From positions 1 through 50,108 of the forward strand of contig JAEOTA010000010.1 of the NCBI GenBank assembly GCA_016840085.1: DNA of 50,108 bases. The letters run 5' to 3'. Below, one piece after another: positions 17,436-26,496 of this stretch. How positions within the stretch are numbered: the first letter of the stretch is position 1; every line of letters begins with the position of its first letter. This DNA is from Promethearchaeota archaeon. Its GTDB lineage: Archaea > Asgardarchaeota > Lokiarchaeia > Sigyniarchaeales > SOKP01. A program made the translations under genes and the position numbers. The notes below the pieces were generated by a model, which was not told where the DNA came from, did not search any database, and worked only from the letters and a program-made list of their open reading frames with translations.

Positions 17436-19340
17436 ATGAGTACTATACAATACCCTCCTGAAGAGATTTATAAGACTCCTATATTAGGCAAGAAAAATTT
17501 TGAACATATTATTCTCTGGATGTTATATAATAATGAAGAATGCGAATGGGCTTGTTTTTCTCAAAAACCTCTTGAACTACGGTTATCTACTTTATCAAAA
17601 TACTTATCACTGCTAAAGGGAAAGCAATATGTTGAAAAACTTTCAAGAGGGCATTATAAAATTACGTCAGAAGGTAAAAAGAGATTTCTTGAATTATCTA
17701 AAGACGTAGGAAAGAAAAGAAAATTAAGTTATCCGCCAGATATAATTAAAAAGAAAAGAAACTATGATCATTGGATACTGTGGATGGTGTATAATAATAA
17801 TTATTGCAAGTGGGCAGACTTTCTAGCCGAACCTCTTTCTATTAATCAATCATCCTTATCAAAGAATATGAATTTATTATTGGATTTAGGATATATAGAA
17901 AAAGAGAATAAAGAATATAGAATTACTCAATTAGGCAAGTTAGAGTATTCTAGAATATTACAAGATTATGATTTAGATAGACAATCAATCTTGGATGAAG
18001 AAAGTAAACGAATTGAAGAGATAACTAAAAAAACAATCAATTTTTTTGATAAATACGGTATTGAGGATGAAAATATACAATTTAGATATCTTCACAATGT
18101 TTTAAGGTTAGATTATACAAGAGTAGAATCAATGCTTTCAAATGAGGAGGATTTTAATAAAATTTTACTCTATATCTCAATAAATCATCCAGATCAATAT
18201 CCGGATTATATATCCACAGAAGAATTTTCGAGCAAATATCGGATTAAACAATCTAAACTTGAATATTATATTGATGAAATTGTTGAAAATAACATATATC
18301 CAATTAAATTTTTTAAATTAGTGGTTTCTTCCGACGAAAAATATTATTTACAAGAAGATGAAAAATTAGAAAAAATACTTAGAGCGATTACAGAAGGTCA
18401 TATTACCAAATTTACCTATTTAGATAAATTATTCTCAAGATCTATGAATAGACGTGCTATTGTAAGAGAAATTTTAGAAGAAATTTGCGAAGTATTATTC
18501 AATAATGATTTAGAAAAAACTTTAAGAGAATTTTTACCAGACTATATTAATTACTTAGCATATAAGGTTGAAGCTAAAATAGAATTTAAAGAAAGTCTCG
18601 ATAAGCTTGAAGGAATAATTTGGCAAGATATGATAGAGATATTTCAATCGAATGAATCTAAAGATTTCGAACAACAATATGAGGAAGAACTTGAAGAGAT
18701 TAATAAACAAATAGAATCAAATCCAAAAAACCTCGACCTATATTATTCTAAAATTAGGATTTTAGTTTATTTTGATCAATTTGATGAAGTGTTAGAATTA
18801 TTAGATGAGATACTCGAAATGTTCCCTGCTAATGAAAAAGATATTAAGATGCAAAAAGCATCTGTTCTTAGGAGAATGCAAAAAATAGAAGCTGGACTAG
18901 AAATAATTAATAATTTACTGCTAAAATTTCCTGAAGATTATGATCTTCTTAATTATAAGGCTTACTGGTTCTATTATTTAAATGAAAAAGAAGGTGCAAT
19001 AAAACTAATTAAGGAGATCATAGAGCATGAACCAAATAATGCGACTTACCATGATACCTATGGAGAAATCTCTATGTTTTTTAAAGATTATGATAAAGCT
19101 ATAAAAGAATTCCAAAAAACGTTAGATTTAGCAACTGATGATTGGTATTTAAACCAGACTTATATTAAGTTAGGAATATGTTATAAAGAATTAGAAAATT
19201 ATGAAGCTGCACTTGAAAATCTTCAGAAAGGAAAAGATCTCACAAATAAATCTTCAATTGATCCCGAAACCAAAAAAAAGTGGCTTTCAATTGCAGAACT
19301 TTTCATTGCAGAGATTTCTCAATTAGGGGTTGAGTTTTAG
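17436..19340 (+). CDS. Multi-winged-helix plus TPR putative regulator (cassette 2)
   Basis: Full-length paralog of 14396..16306, sharing RNYDHW.LWM.YNNNYCKWADFL, YDLDRQSIL.EESKRI and QTYIKLGICYKELENYE. Confidence 0.8.
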   Translation: MSTIQYPPEEIYKTPILGKKNFEHIILWMLYNNEECEWACFSQKPLELRLSTLSKYLSLLKGKQYVEKLSRGHYKITSEGKKRFLELSKDVGKKRKLSYPPDIIKKKRNYDHWILWMVYNNNYCKWADFLAEPLSINQSSLSKNMNLLLDLGYIEKENKEYRITQLGKLEYSRILQDYDLDRQSILDEESKRIEEITKKTINFFDKYGIEDENIQFRYLHNVLRLDYTRVESMLSNEEDFNKILLYISINHPDQYPDYISTEEFSSKYRIKQSKLEYYIDEIVENNIYPIKFFKLVVSSDEKYYLQEDEKLEKILRAITEGHITKFTYLDKLFSRSMNRRAIVREILEEICEVLFNNDLEKTLREFLPDYINYLAYKVEAKIEFKESLDKLEGIIWQDMIEIFQSNESKDFEQQYEEELEEINKQIESNPKNLDLYYSKIRILVYFDQFDEVLELLDEILEMFPANEKDIKMQKASVLRRMQKIEAGLEIINNLLLKFPEDYDLLNYKAYWFYYLNEKEGAIKLIKEIIEHEPNNATYHDTYGEISMFFKDYDKAIKEFQKTLDLATDDWYLNQTYIKLGICYKELENYEAALENLQKGKDLTNKSSIDPETKKKWLSIAELFIAEISQLGVEF

Positions 19341-19348
19341 ACGTAAAT

Positions 19349-21139
19349 TCAGTTCTTTTCTACTAATTTTTCTAATTCATCTATCTTATCCGAGAGATAT
19401 TTAATCCCTTTTTGCCAGAAAGAAGAATCATTCAGGTTAATACCTATTTCAGATAACATTTCTTCAGGAGAAAGTGAGCTTCCAATAGAAAGTAATTTGA
19501 GATACTTAGGAACGAATTTTTCTTTCTGCTCGAGATACATTTGATAGATTGAAATCACTAAAAGGTTAGACATGTTATAAGCATAGACATAGAAAGGCTC
19601 GTGTAGAAAATGTGGAACTACAAAACAATAACTAGCATAATCTTTTTCGATGTTGCTGATTGAATTTCCAAACATTAATTCCATTTCTTTAACAAAAGCT
19701 TTTTTGATTTCATCTGCTGTAGGGAGTTTTTTCTCAAGGATTTCATGAATTTTTCTTTCAAAGTGATAAAAAGCATTTTGTCTGTGAGAAGTAGCAAATT
19801 TAGATTCTATAAAAGAACATAATAGTGTAATTTTTTCTTCTTTTGAATCTACTGTCTCAAGAAGGAGATCTGTTACTAATAATTCATTGAATATAGATGC
19901 TATTTCAGCAACTACTAATGATATTTGTATATTTATAAAATTTTGATCCCTTTGAATATAAAAAGCATGAAAAGCATGGCCAAGTTCATGTGCTAACGCT
20001 CGAACCGAATCGATATTATATGTGAAATTAATAAAAACAAAGGGATAATGCTTTAATTTTCCATATTCGCAAAAAGCTCCCCTATTTTTCCCTTTCCGGG
20101 GAGTTACATCTATATGATTTAATTTATTCATATTTTCTACTATATTTTTGAATTCTGGGTGGAATTTTTCAGTAGCAGTTTTAATCAATTCTATTGTTTC
20201 CTGGTAGGAATATTCTCTTGTTATCTGACCAATGGGTGCGTAAATATCTGATATATGCAATTCTGGAAGATTCAAGATTTTTTTCTTTAAATTATAATAT
20301 CTCTCAACAATATTATTACTTTCTGTGGTAAAATTTCCAAGTACTTCAACGATTTCATCACTTACTTCATTTTGCAGATTTCTTCTAGATATTGGATGAA
20401 TAAAATTCTTTTTCTTATTTTCTAAATCCCAGTTTTTGAGGATATTAGTGAAAATGTGTGTGAAAATCATTTCATTGTTTTTGTATTCTGTTAACATTGT
20501 TTGTAAGGCTTTATAACGAAGATCTTTATCCTGCTGATACATAAAAGCAAAAAGTTCTGCTTCAGTTAATATTTTCTTTTTTCCATCTACTTCAAAATCA
20601 AATAAGAAACTGCTTTTTAATTCTCTATAAAGATTTAGGAATCCCTTAACACCAGTAATATCTTTCATTAAAATTAACTGTTCTTCTTTTTCAGAAAGCT
20701 GATGTTTCTTTTTCATTCTATTAAATTTTAGTGCATGAGAATAACGGTTTAGTTCAGGAGCTTTAATAAGTTCTTTAAATTTCTCATCTGAAATCATATT
20801 TAGCTCTAAATTAAAAAATAAGAGCTTTTCTTGAATTGCGACTTTAAAATCTTCTATTTTTGCATGAAAGGATTTTACACTCTCATCTAATGAATTAATA
20901 GAATATATTAATAGAGAATAAATGCTGAGGTAAAAGACTTTCTCAGAAATTTTTTCGTATTCTTGATACCATTTTATGAGTTGTTGAGGATGAAGTGAAG
21001 GATTCTCCAACTTTCCTTTGACCTTTTGATAAAATTCTTCTGAGGCATTTTTTATATCTTCAATATCCCTGTCAATTGAGGGATCATTGATATTCTTATA
21101 GAAATTGCTCAAATCCCATTTAATGAGATCTTCAACCAT
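19349..21139 (-). CDS. pepF: Oligoendopeptidase F (M3B family)
   Basis: WDLS N-terminus, IDVTPRKGKNRGAFC, zinc motif AHELGHAFH, AEIASIFNE, PHF...FYVYAY. Confidence 0.9.
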   Translation of the reverse strand: MVEDLIKWDLSNFYKNINDPSIDRDIEDIKNASEEFYQKVKGKLENPSLHPQQLIKWYQEYEKISEKVFYLSIYSLLIYSINSLDESVKSFHAKIEDFKVAIQEKLLFFNLELNMISDEKFKELIKAPELNRYSHALKFNRMKKKHQLSEKEEQLILMKDITGVKGFLNLYRELKSSFLFDFEVDGKKKILTEAELFAFMYQQDKDLRYKALQTMLTEYKNNEMIFTHIFTNILKNWDLENKKKNFIHPISRRNLQNEVSDEIVEVLGNFTTESNNIVERYYNLKKKILNLPELHISDIYAPIGQITREYSYQETIELIKTATEKFHPEFKNIVENMNKLNHIDVTPRKGKNRGAFCEYGKLKHYPFVFINFTYNIDSVRALAHELGHAFHAFYIQRDQNFINIQISLVVAEIASIFNELLVTDLLLETVDSKEEKITLLCSFIESKFATSHRQNAFYHFERKIHEILEKKLPTADEIKKAFVKEMELMFGNSISNIEKDYASYCFVVPHFLHEPFYVYAYNMSNLLVISIYQMYLEQKEKFVPKYLKLLSIGSSLSPEEMLSEIGINLNDSSFWQKGIKYLSDKIDELEKLVEKN

Positions 21140-21494
21140 AATACAGATAAAAAGGCAAACTTTATTTGAATTTTACGAGAATTAATCAATAATGATAAGA
21201 TATCCAAAAAAATGAAGATAAAAAATTTATTGATTTTTCCCTTATAACTAAGTTAAACCTTCATAAATAGCTTTGGTACCCTCTTCTTTTTTTGCACCTT
21301 ATCATGTTTCCTTAAAATGTGATAAATTGACAAAATTTTCTAATTTAAATAAAAAAGTAGATCATTGATAATATAAGTATATTGGAAGATATTAAATTGA
21401 TAAAATTCCAAATATTAGCTATTTCCAAAATCAAGGAAAAATTTTTAAAGGTTTTCGCATTATTATATTACGAAAAGGGAGTTATTTAGTAAGC

Positions 21495-21866
21495 ATGAGC
21501 AAATTTGAAAATCATAAAAAACTGTATTTGAATTTTAAAGGAGATGCTGAAAATGAGGATCTTTCATTACCCTCTAGAGCAGAATTATACTTTCTTTCGA
21601 TATATCATTTAATTGAATGCTGCGCAGCAAAATATCGGATACATATCAACAAACATCAAAAAGTAAGGATACTCTTAGAAAATAATCCGTATATCTTTGA
21701 AAAAGAAACTGAAAACGTATGGCGATTATTTCAAGATATTGAAAATAAAATTCGACCAAAATTCACTTATGGATTTAGTTGGACGGATAAAGATTTTAGT
21801 GAATTGAAGGAAAAATATTATATATTAGAAGAAATAGGCAATAAGATTCTAACGGAGGAATTTTAA
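21495..21866 (+). CDS. HEPN-like protein (putative toxin)
   Basis: Small helical protein (AELYFLSIYHLIEC, HQKV, IRPKFTYG) ending 1 bp before an MNT gene. Confidence 0.6.
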   Translation: MSKFENHKKLYLNFKGDAENEDLSLPSRAELYFLSIYHLIECCAAKYRIHINKHQKVRILLENNPYIFEKETENVWRLFQDIENKIRPKFTYGFSWTDKDFSELKEKYYILEEIGNKILTEEF

Positions 21867-21867
21867 T

Positions 21868-22548
21868 ATGAAACTTGAAGAAAGCGAGATAAAAAATTTA
21901 AAGAGCACTTCAAAATTGGAGGAGATAATTAAAAATATTAAGACTTTTATAGACAGTAATCTCTCTAAATATAAAGAGATTGGAAATATTATATTATTTG
22001 GCTCTTTATCTACTGGAAGGTTTAATAAAGAGAGTGATATCGACATTTGTATTTTGTTTAAGCGAAATACTCCTAAAAGTATGGAAAATACCATTTTTAA
22101 CTATTTTTTGAACCTAGGAAAGGAATTAAATCGCTCTATCCAATGTATTTTCTTTTTTCCGGAGGATATAAATAACTGGGATACAATTTTTGTGGAAAAT
22201 ATTTTAGCAGAAGGTCAATCACTCTATGGAAATTCTAATTATTATGAAACTTTAATAAAAACTCTAAAAGTGAAACCATATCAAATTATAACTTTAAATC
22301 TAAGAGCATTAAATAATTCTGCTAAAATGAAACTTAAAAGAATATTATATGGATATAAAACTACCAAACAATATTCAGAAAAAATATATAAATATAAAAA
22401 AAAAGGATTAGTAAAAGAATTACAAGGAATGAAATTAGGACGGGGATCATTCATTATACCTGAAAAATTCTTATTTTTGATTGAAAATAAGTTAAAAGAA
22501 TTTGATATTAAATTTTCAAACTTTAGAGTATGGATGCAAGAAATATAG
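21868..22548 (+). CDS. Minimal nucleotidyltransferase (MNT) antitoxin with C-terminal extension
   Basis: LFGSLSTGRFNKESDIDI (GS-x10-DxD), followed by about 100 extra basic residues. Confidence 0.85.
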   Translation: MKLEESEIKNLKSTSKLEEIIKNIKTFIDSNLSKYKEIGNIILFGSLSTGRFNKESDIDICILFKRNTPKSMENTIFNYFLNLGKELNRSIQCIFFFPEDINNWDTIFVENILAEGQSLYGNSNYYETLIKTLKVKPYQIITLNLRALNNSAKMKLKRILYGYKTTKQYSEKIYKYKKKGLVKELQGMKLGRGSFIIPEKFLFLIENKLKEFDIKFSNFRVWMQEI

Positions 22549-22668
22549 TTAAAATCAGTTGAGTTAAAAATTCTTCTTTTCTAGATTCTTTCTACTAAGA
22601 TTGAAAGAATGTTATTCTAATTTCCAAAATAGAAAACATTCTTTTAAAATCGTAGTTATATTTACATA

Positions 22669-23334
22669 ATGATTAAAGAAATTGAGATACAATATCAAAA
22701 TATTATAGAAAATTTTCCTAACGCTGAAACTATTGAAAATAAAATTTCTCATATTAAAATTGGATTAATTAAGGGGATTATGTTAGAAATTGACTATTCT
22801 AAATATCCTAAAAAACCAAAAGTTAAGATTATTAACCAATCAGGGAAAGTATATAAAAAATTGAATAATGATATCACTTCTTTAAAGAATTGGAAAATAA
22901 TTAAGACTAAGTCTATTTTAAATGTTATTAATGAAATTATTTTTATTTTAGAGGATCTTCAATCAAATACGGTCAAAATAAAAAGGGATTTATTAGTTGG
23001 GTTTTTAGCGTTATGTCGGGCGCATCATCCAAAAGAATTTTTAGGAATCCTTAAAAGGGATAAAAATGTATTTACAGAATTTATATTACCGCCAGGCGCA
23101 ATTACTTCAAGAAATTCAGGAGTATTTTTTCCGAGTAGACTCCCAATAAATCAATATTATCAAGGAACTATTCATTCACATCCATCTGGAAATTTATACC
23201 CTTCCCTACAAGATTTAAATAGTGTATTTAAAGGAAACAGATTTCATTTTATTGTAGGATTTCCATATAGTTTAAACTATATTAAATGTTTTGATAAAAA
23301 TGGCACAGAGCTTCATTTTAAAGTGATTAACTAA
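22669..23334 (+). CDS. UBC/RWD-like domain fused to JAMM/MPN+ metalloprotease
   Basis: C-terminal HPKEFLG...GTIHSHPSGNLYPSLQD (E...HxHx7SxxD). N-terminal LEIDYSKYPKKPKV resembles the YPxxxP motif of E2/RWD folds. Confidence 0.78.
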   Translation: MIKEIEIQYQNIIENFPNAETIENKISHIKIGLIKGIMLEIDYSKYPKKPKVKIINQSGKVYKKLNNDITSLKNWKIIKTKSILNVINEIIFILEDLQSNTVKIKRDLLVGFLALCRAHHPKEFLGILKRDKNVFTEFILPPGAITSRNSGVFFPSRLPINQYYQGTIHSHPSGNLYPSLQDLNSVFKGNRFHFIVGFPYSLNYIKCFDKNGTELHFKVIN

Positions 23335-23423
23335 TATACAATTACTTTTTCAAGATTAAAATTAAGATAAATTTTAAATTAAACACCTAAGATTTAAAAT
23401 ATTTTAAATTTTAATTATAACTA

Positions 23424-24647
23424 TTACATCCTCTCTGTAAGTATTGAAATTATATTATTCCCAAATCCACCAAAGTTGCATGTAATCCCTGTTTCGGCAC
23501 CATCGACTTGTCTTTTTCCAGCTTCTCCTCGTAGTTGCCAAACCAATTCTACAACTTGGGCAACACCAGTAGCCCCTAAGGGATGTCCACGAGCTTTTAG
23601 ACCACCCGAAGGATTTATAGGGATTTTTCCACCAATTTCAGTTAAACCTTCATGCGCAGCTTTAGCACCTTCACCTTTCTTAAAAAAACCGATATCCTCA
23701 CTTTGAACAGCTTCAAGAATCTCAAATGCATCATGAAGTTCGGCTACATCGATATCTTCTGGTGTTTTTTTAGCCATTTTATAAGCTTGTTCTGAGCAGA
23801 GTCTCAAAGCTTTTAAAGTTGTAATATCTTCACGTTCAAAAATTATATGTGTATCTGTTGCTTGCCCGATTCCAGAAATCATAATAGGAGTATCACAATA
23901 TTGATTAATTTTTTCAGCATTACATAGAACTAAAGCAGCGGCTCCATCTGAAATAGGACAAATATGAAAAAGCCTTAAAGGATCAGCAATAATAGGATTA
24001 GTTTTATCATCTTCAAGGAATTCATAAATAGTTTTCCAGGTTCCTTTTCCCTTTTGAATGGCACTCTTCATAAAATCACTGATTGATCTTTGAAAATGTG
24101 CATTCGCATTCAATGCTCCATTTTTATGGTTCTTGATTGCGATATCTGAAATCCAATCCAACTTAGCATTATATTTCTCTAGATAAGCTCGCGTCAATAG
24201 TCCCGCAAACGATGGAAGAGACACACCATGAGGTCTTTCTGCTTCTGGATGTGTTAAAGTAGCTACATTTGAAGTAATATAACCGGGAGTTGTAATATGA
24301 GTCATTTTTTCTCCCCCCACGACTAATACTAAATCACTCATTCCAGAAGCGATTGCTTGAAAACCCGCTTTAATAGCTGAACCTCCGCTTGCAGGTCCAT
24401 TTTTGATGTCATCTGCTGCTGCGGGTATTAAACTTAATTTATCCACAAGTGCACTGGCTACACCTGATATATGATTATAAGATTCTGGACTCATTGCACC
24501 AACATAAACTGTATCAAAGATTTTATCATTTGTATTAGAATCATCAATTGCAGCCAAAGAGGCCTCACATAGTAAGTCCATTAATCCTTTCTCTTCAATT
24601 TTTCCAAATTTAGTATGTCCTACTCCAATAATTGCGACTTTATTCAT
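23424..24647 (-). CDS. Thiolase-family protein (archaeal/SCP-x type)
   Basis: IIGVGHTKFG, CPISDGAAA, ELHDAF and NPSGGLKARGHPLGATG. The usual N-terminal catalytic Cys position reads GPASG. Confidence 0.9.
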   Translation of the reverse strand: MNKVAIIGVGHTKFGKIEEKGLMDLLCEASLAAIDDSNTNDKIFDTVYVGAMSPESYNHISGVASALVDKLSLIPAAADDIKNGPASGGSAIKAGFQAIASGMSDLVLVVGGEKMTHITTPGYITSNVATLTHPEAERPHGVSLPSFAGLLTRAYLEKYNAKLDWISDIAIKNHKNGALNANAHFQRSISDFMKSAIQKGKGTWKTIYEFLEDDKTNPIIADPLRLFHICPISDGAAALVLCNAEKINQYCDTPIMISGIGQATDTHIIFEREDITTLKALRLCSEQAYKMAKKTPEDIDVAELHDAFEILEAVQSEDIGFFKKGEGAKAAHEGLTEIGGKIPINPSGGLKARGHPLGATGVAQVVELVWQLRGEAGKRQVDGAETGITCNFGGFGNNIISILTERM

Positions 24648-24798
24648 AGTTCTAAAAAATTATAGTTTTTTAAAAAATCTTCTTAGACTTTTTTAATATT
24701 CTGGAATTCAAGTAACTCAATATAATATAATCTTATAAAAAAGGTTTAAAGAACTGAGAGTAAAATATCTTTATCCTTTATTTGTTTTTCTTATCTTT

Positions 24799-26481
24799 AT
24801 GGTTTCTATTACGTTGCTTTTTATACTAAATTACTTCTGGATAATAATACCTTCTTTTATAATATTTTATCCGATGCCATATCTTTCTGGAATAAAAGAA
24901 ACAATCCAAAATAAAGATGTGGTTGTAAAAATTAAGAATAAAGCACCTTTTATACTACCTATTTTCTTTTTCTCGATACCCACAATAATTATGAATATTA
25001 TATTTCTTTTTACCGATTTAATTGCTCTAGTACTATTTTTTATGATTTACATAGTTAGTATGGTCTTTTATTTCATTGGCATATTTATTTTAATTCGAGA
25101 TTTAAGAAAAGAATTTGAAATTAAGGTTAAACCTATTGAAATTGACCTAGTGCAAAGTAAAAAGAAGTTGCTTTTAATTAATCCTGTGAATCCAAATGTA
25201 GCAGGATTAACACTCAACCCATCCTCCACTTTTCCACCTTTAGGCTTAGGAATAATAACTTCTTTAACTCCTGACGATTTTCAAGTAAAATTAATTGATG
25301 AAAATTTTGAAAGATTTGAATACGAAGACGCTGATCTTGTTGGTATAACAGCATTTACTTCTGTAGCAAACCGAGCATATGAAATCGCATCTCAATTTCG
25401 GCAGAGAGGTATTCCCGTTATTATGGGGGGAATACACGCATCAATGGTTCCAGAAGAAGCCCTAAAATATGTTGATTCTATTGTTATAGGAGAAGCAGAA
25501 AGCATCTGGCCTACTGTTATAGAAGATTTTTTAAATAACAATCTAAAAACCAGATATGAAGGCGTCCATTTAGACTTAAAGAATTCTGTTGTTCCAAATC
25601 GAGATCACTTTAGTGATAAGTATTTATTTGGGACAATACAAACATCAAGAGGATGTCCTATGGATTGCTATTTTTGCTCTGTAAGTGCCTTCAATGGAAG
25701 AAAATACAGACAACGACCATATGAAGAAATTTTAGATGAGTTAGAACAATTGCGTCAAAGATATATCTTTTTTGTTGATGATAACATTCTTGGATATGGT
25801 AAGAGTGCTGAGGAAAGAGCTATCAATCTTTTTAAAGGAATGGTGGAAAGAAAATTAAATAAAACATGGTTTTGTCAAGCCTCATTAAACTTTGGAAGTA
25901 ATAAAGAAGTTATAAAATGGGCAGCTAAAGCAGGATGCAAAATGGTATTTTTAGGATTAGAATCTGCTGATCCCGAAGAACTTAAAGTAATGGAAAAAAA
26001 ATTGAATCTTCAATTAGAGTATGAAAGAGCTTTTAAAAATATTAATAAATATAAAATTGCAGTACTAGGGGCATTTATATTTGGTTCTGATGCAGAAACT
26101 AAAGAGAGCATGTGGAGGAAAGTAAATTATATACTGAAACACCGTATTGATGTTATTCAAACTACAACATTAACTCCCTTACCAGGCACAAGATTGTTTA
26201 AGGAGTTAGAACAAAAGAATAGACTCATCCATACAAATTTTCCTCAAGATTGGAATCTCTACGATATGGGACATTTAACCTTTAAAGTTAATAATATGAG
26301 TAATGATGATTTTCTGAAAATTCATAAGAAATGTTCGAAAAAACTTTTTTCCAAAATAACGTTATATAAGAAATTTTTAAAAACTTGGTTTCATTGTAGG
26401 AGTTTTCAAACCTCAATGTGGGCATACAGTTCAAATAAAAACTATAGAAATGTTTTTTTATCGAATCCTGGACCAGTTTGA
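24799..26481 (+). CDS. Membrane-anchored cobalamin-binding radical SAM protein
   Basis: About three hydrophobic segments in the first 100 aa; PPLGLG, MGGIHAS, GEAE, SRGCPMDCYFC, FVDDN, TPLPGT. Confidence 0.85.
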   Translation: MVSITLLFILNYFWIIIPSFIIFYPMPYLSGIKETIQNKDVVVKIKNKAPFILPIFFFSIPTIIMNIIFLFTDLIALVLFFMIYIVSMVFYFIGIFILIRDLRKEFEIKVKPIEIDLVQSKKKLLLINPVNPNVAGLTLNPSSTFPPLGLGIITSLTPDDFQVKLIDENFERFEYEDADLVGITAFTSVANRAYEIASQFRQRGIPVIMGGIHASMVPEEALKYVDSIVIGEAESIWPTVIEDFLNNNLKTRYEGVHLDLKNSVVPNRDHFSDKYLFGTIQTSRGCPMDCYFCSVSAFNGRKYRQRPYEEILDELEQLRQRYIFFVDDNILGYGKSAEERAINLFKGMVERKLNKTWFCQASLNFGSNKEVIKWAAKAGCKMVFLGLESADPEELKVMEKKLNLQLEYERAFKNINKYKIAVLGAFIFGSDAETKESMWRKVNYILKHRIDVIQTTTLTPLPGTRLFKELEQKNRLIHTNFPQDWNLYDMGHLTFKVNNMSNDDFLKIHKKCSKKLFSKITLYKKFLKTWFHCRSFQTSMWAYSSNKNYRNVFLSNPGPV

Positions 26482-26496
26482 AAAACCTTGAAAAAA

